Source of the DNA: Octopus bimaculoides
Taxonomy: Eukaryota
Direction of reading: 5' to 3'
Assembly (NCBI RefSeq): GCF_001194135.2
Contig: NC_069004.1
Span: forward strand, 19,263,393 to 19,327,392
DNA length: 64,000 nt
Made by a program: the position numbers and the translations under genes. The notes under the pieces are model-generated. The model worked only from the letters and a program-made list of their open reading frames with translations, was not told the origin of the DNA and did not search any database. Positions 62,073 to 64,000 of this stretch are shown piece after piece (within the stretch, counting starts at the first letter, position 1; every line of letters starts with the position of its first letter).

Positions 62073-64000
62073 TACATACATACATACATACATACATACA
62101 TACACGTAGATACATGCACATGACTTTTATAAAACATTGCAGCTTTATATTTGTCTGAAAGTGTAAGCTTGACTGAACTGTACCATCATACTAGAACAAC
62201 ACTACAACAAAATGTTATCAAGAGAAAACAAAAGAACAGAAGATCAACTGCTCCATCGTTGTACCACAAGTGGATGGATTTCATTGTCAGTAATAATAAA
62301 TAAAATTAACTTTCAATAAAACTGAATAGGATTAATAAGAATAAAATCCCCAAAAATGCAACAACCTAAAGTGTTATTAGTAGCAGTAATACAAAGAGAT
62401 ACTAATGTTAAACAAGGTACAGAAAGCAAGAAACTTGAACCAAAGCTGTTAGTAGTAGAGATTAAGCGGATTTACAACAAGGGAGACATGGAATAAGGCA
62501 GAGGACTTCAAAAAGTGGATTTGGGGAAAATAAAGATACAGGAGTTCATCAAATAAATTTCAGACAGAGAGAGAAGTGATATTTTCCACATTTTACATTT
62601 GAAACAATACAATTTTTAAAAAAATAAGGTTTGTAAAAAAAAAAAATAAAAAATAAAAAAAAAACATTGTAGGACAAAAATATTTTGATTTATGATTTTG
62701 TTGTTTTTAGAAAAAATTCTATAATATTGAACACATTAGTGATTAACTCAAAACAACTTTTTGGGGATTGGGGATAACCATTTTCAAAACTAGGTACAAA
62801 CTAGTAAACATCACTATGGTAGCCTTGTGCTACAACAAAACTTAAAACTATTCAATATTGCTACAGAGCTGCAAAATTTCTAAAACCAAGAACAATTTTT
62901 TTTTCTTTATCATTAAGGTCTTGCAATCATAAAGTTGTGAGTTCATTTCCTGGACAAGGTAATGTGTGTTGTGATCTTGAGCAAGGTACTTCATGTTACA
63001 TGCTGCTTCAATCTACTCAGTTATAAATGAATAGCAGTTGAATGCTGATGTAGCTCTCATTATTCCCATATGCCATTCTCTGGATGTGCTGCTGGGTCAA
63101 AAATGGGAAGGCTGAGAGGGTGTCTGTGTGTCAGTTAGCAACTACACTGATACTAAAAGTATTTAGCAAAAGCATTGTACATATTACTAAGTTATACTCA
63201 TTCACAAGAAACAGCTGACTGTACAATAATATTACAGCAATGATAACTGTAATAAGGAGTACAGATGTACAAATTTAGAATGCTTTTGCTCTAAGCCAGG
63301 CGTCCCCAACCATTTTTTGCCTATGGACTCCTTTGATTCCTATTTTATTTGGATGGACCCTCATAGCCATTCACTGTTTAAAAAAAAGATCCTTCTGAAT
63401 TTTTATAATTAACTATTATTGGAAATTGCATTTTAAAAAAATGTTGTGCATTGTAAAAGTATAAGCAATTTATTGCAGATAAATTTTAACAAAATTTTAT
63501 GAGGACCTCAAAGAGCCATATGGACCCTGGTTGAGAACCACTGGTCTAAGCAATGCCACATACTTTCGTCTGTGCCCCAGCTACTTTATTAGCTCATACA
63601 AACATCTACCATTTTCAGGGTTCTGCCTCTCCACAATGCAAGAGCTGTTGATAGCAACATATTTTGATGCAGGCAGAGACTCAGAGACAGCATCAACTTA
63701 AACACCAGGACTCTGTGTGTGTGTGTGTGCGCGCGTGCGCGTGTGTGCCTATATCACCTTCCTTTAACAGCCACTTGTCCATGCTTGTATGGGTCAGATG
63801 GAATTTATTGTGACAGATCTCCAATGGCCAGATGCTCATTTGCAACCATGTCACTAACACACACACACACATATATATACAGCAGACTAGGACATATATA
63901 TTTAGCAGTGTGTGTGTGTGTGTGCGTGCGTGTGTGTATATATATATACACGCACATGTATATACACAGACACATATGTATGATTTTATTTACGTGTGTG

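Noticed and set aside
54920-64000. Search for TBC1D22 exon 1 (FWK-type motif, phase-2 donor) and promoter
   Set aside because: No convincing candidate; probably outside the window.

Overview
AT-rich, microsatellite- and SINE-dense animal genomic scaffold with 14 N-gaps. The repeat landscape resembles coleoid cephalopod (Octopus-like) DNA; that assignment is an inference from memory of those repeat families. The window holds one protein-coding gene on the minus strand, a TBC1D22/Gyp1-family RabGAP. I traced 12 GT-AG exons by hand from 54919 to a stop at 8778, all with consistent phases; one splice path gives about 472 codons, and exon 1 was not found (probably beyond 64000). Main discovery: the 66-nt exon encoding the catalytic arginine-finger motif (IxxDxxR) exists as two diverged tandem copies, 29487-29552 ([22 protein letters not shown]) and 25472-25537 ([22 protein letters not shown]). 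They have the same length and phase and intact splice sites, so they look like a mutually exclusive exon pair that swaps the active-site segment. Complementary intronic elements surround them: a 16-bp long-range duplex, a competing local stem around exon A, a stem masking the exon B donor, and a 100-bp palindrome. These suggest RNA-structure-guided exon choice. Introns also contain a small TSD-flanked Penelope-like element with an intact minimal hammerhead ribozyme motif, a near-full-length mariner, Tc1, hAT, piggyBac-like, RTE and L1/Tx1 relics, and several foldback elements. Most ORFs in the supplied track are microsatellite, gap or antisense artefacts.
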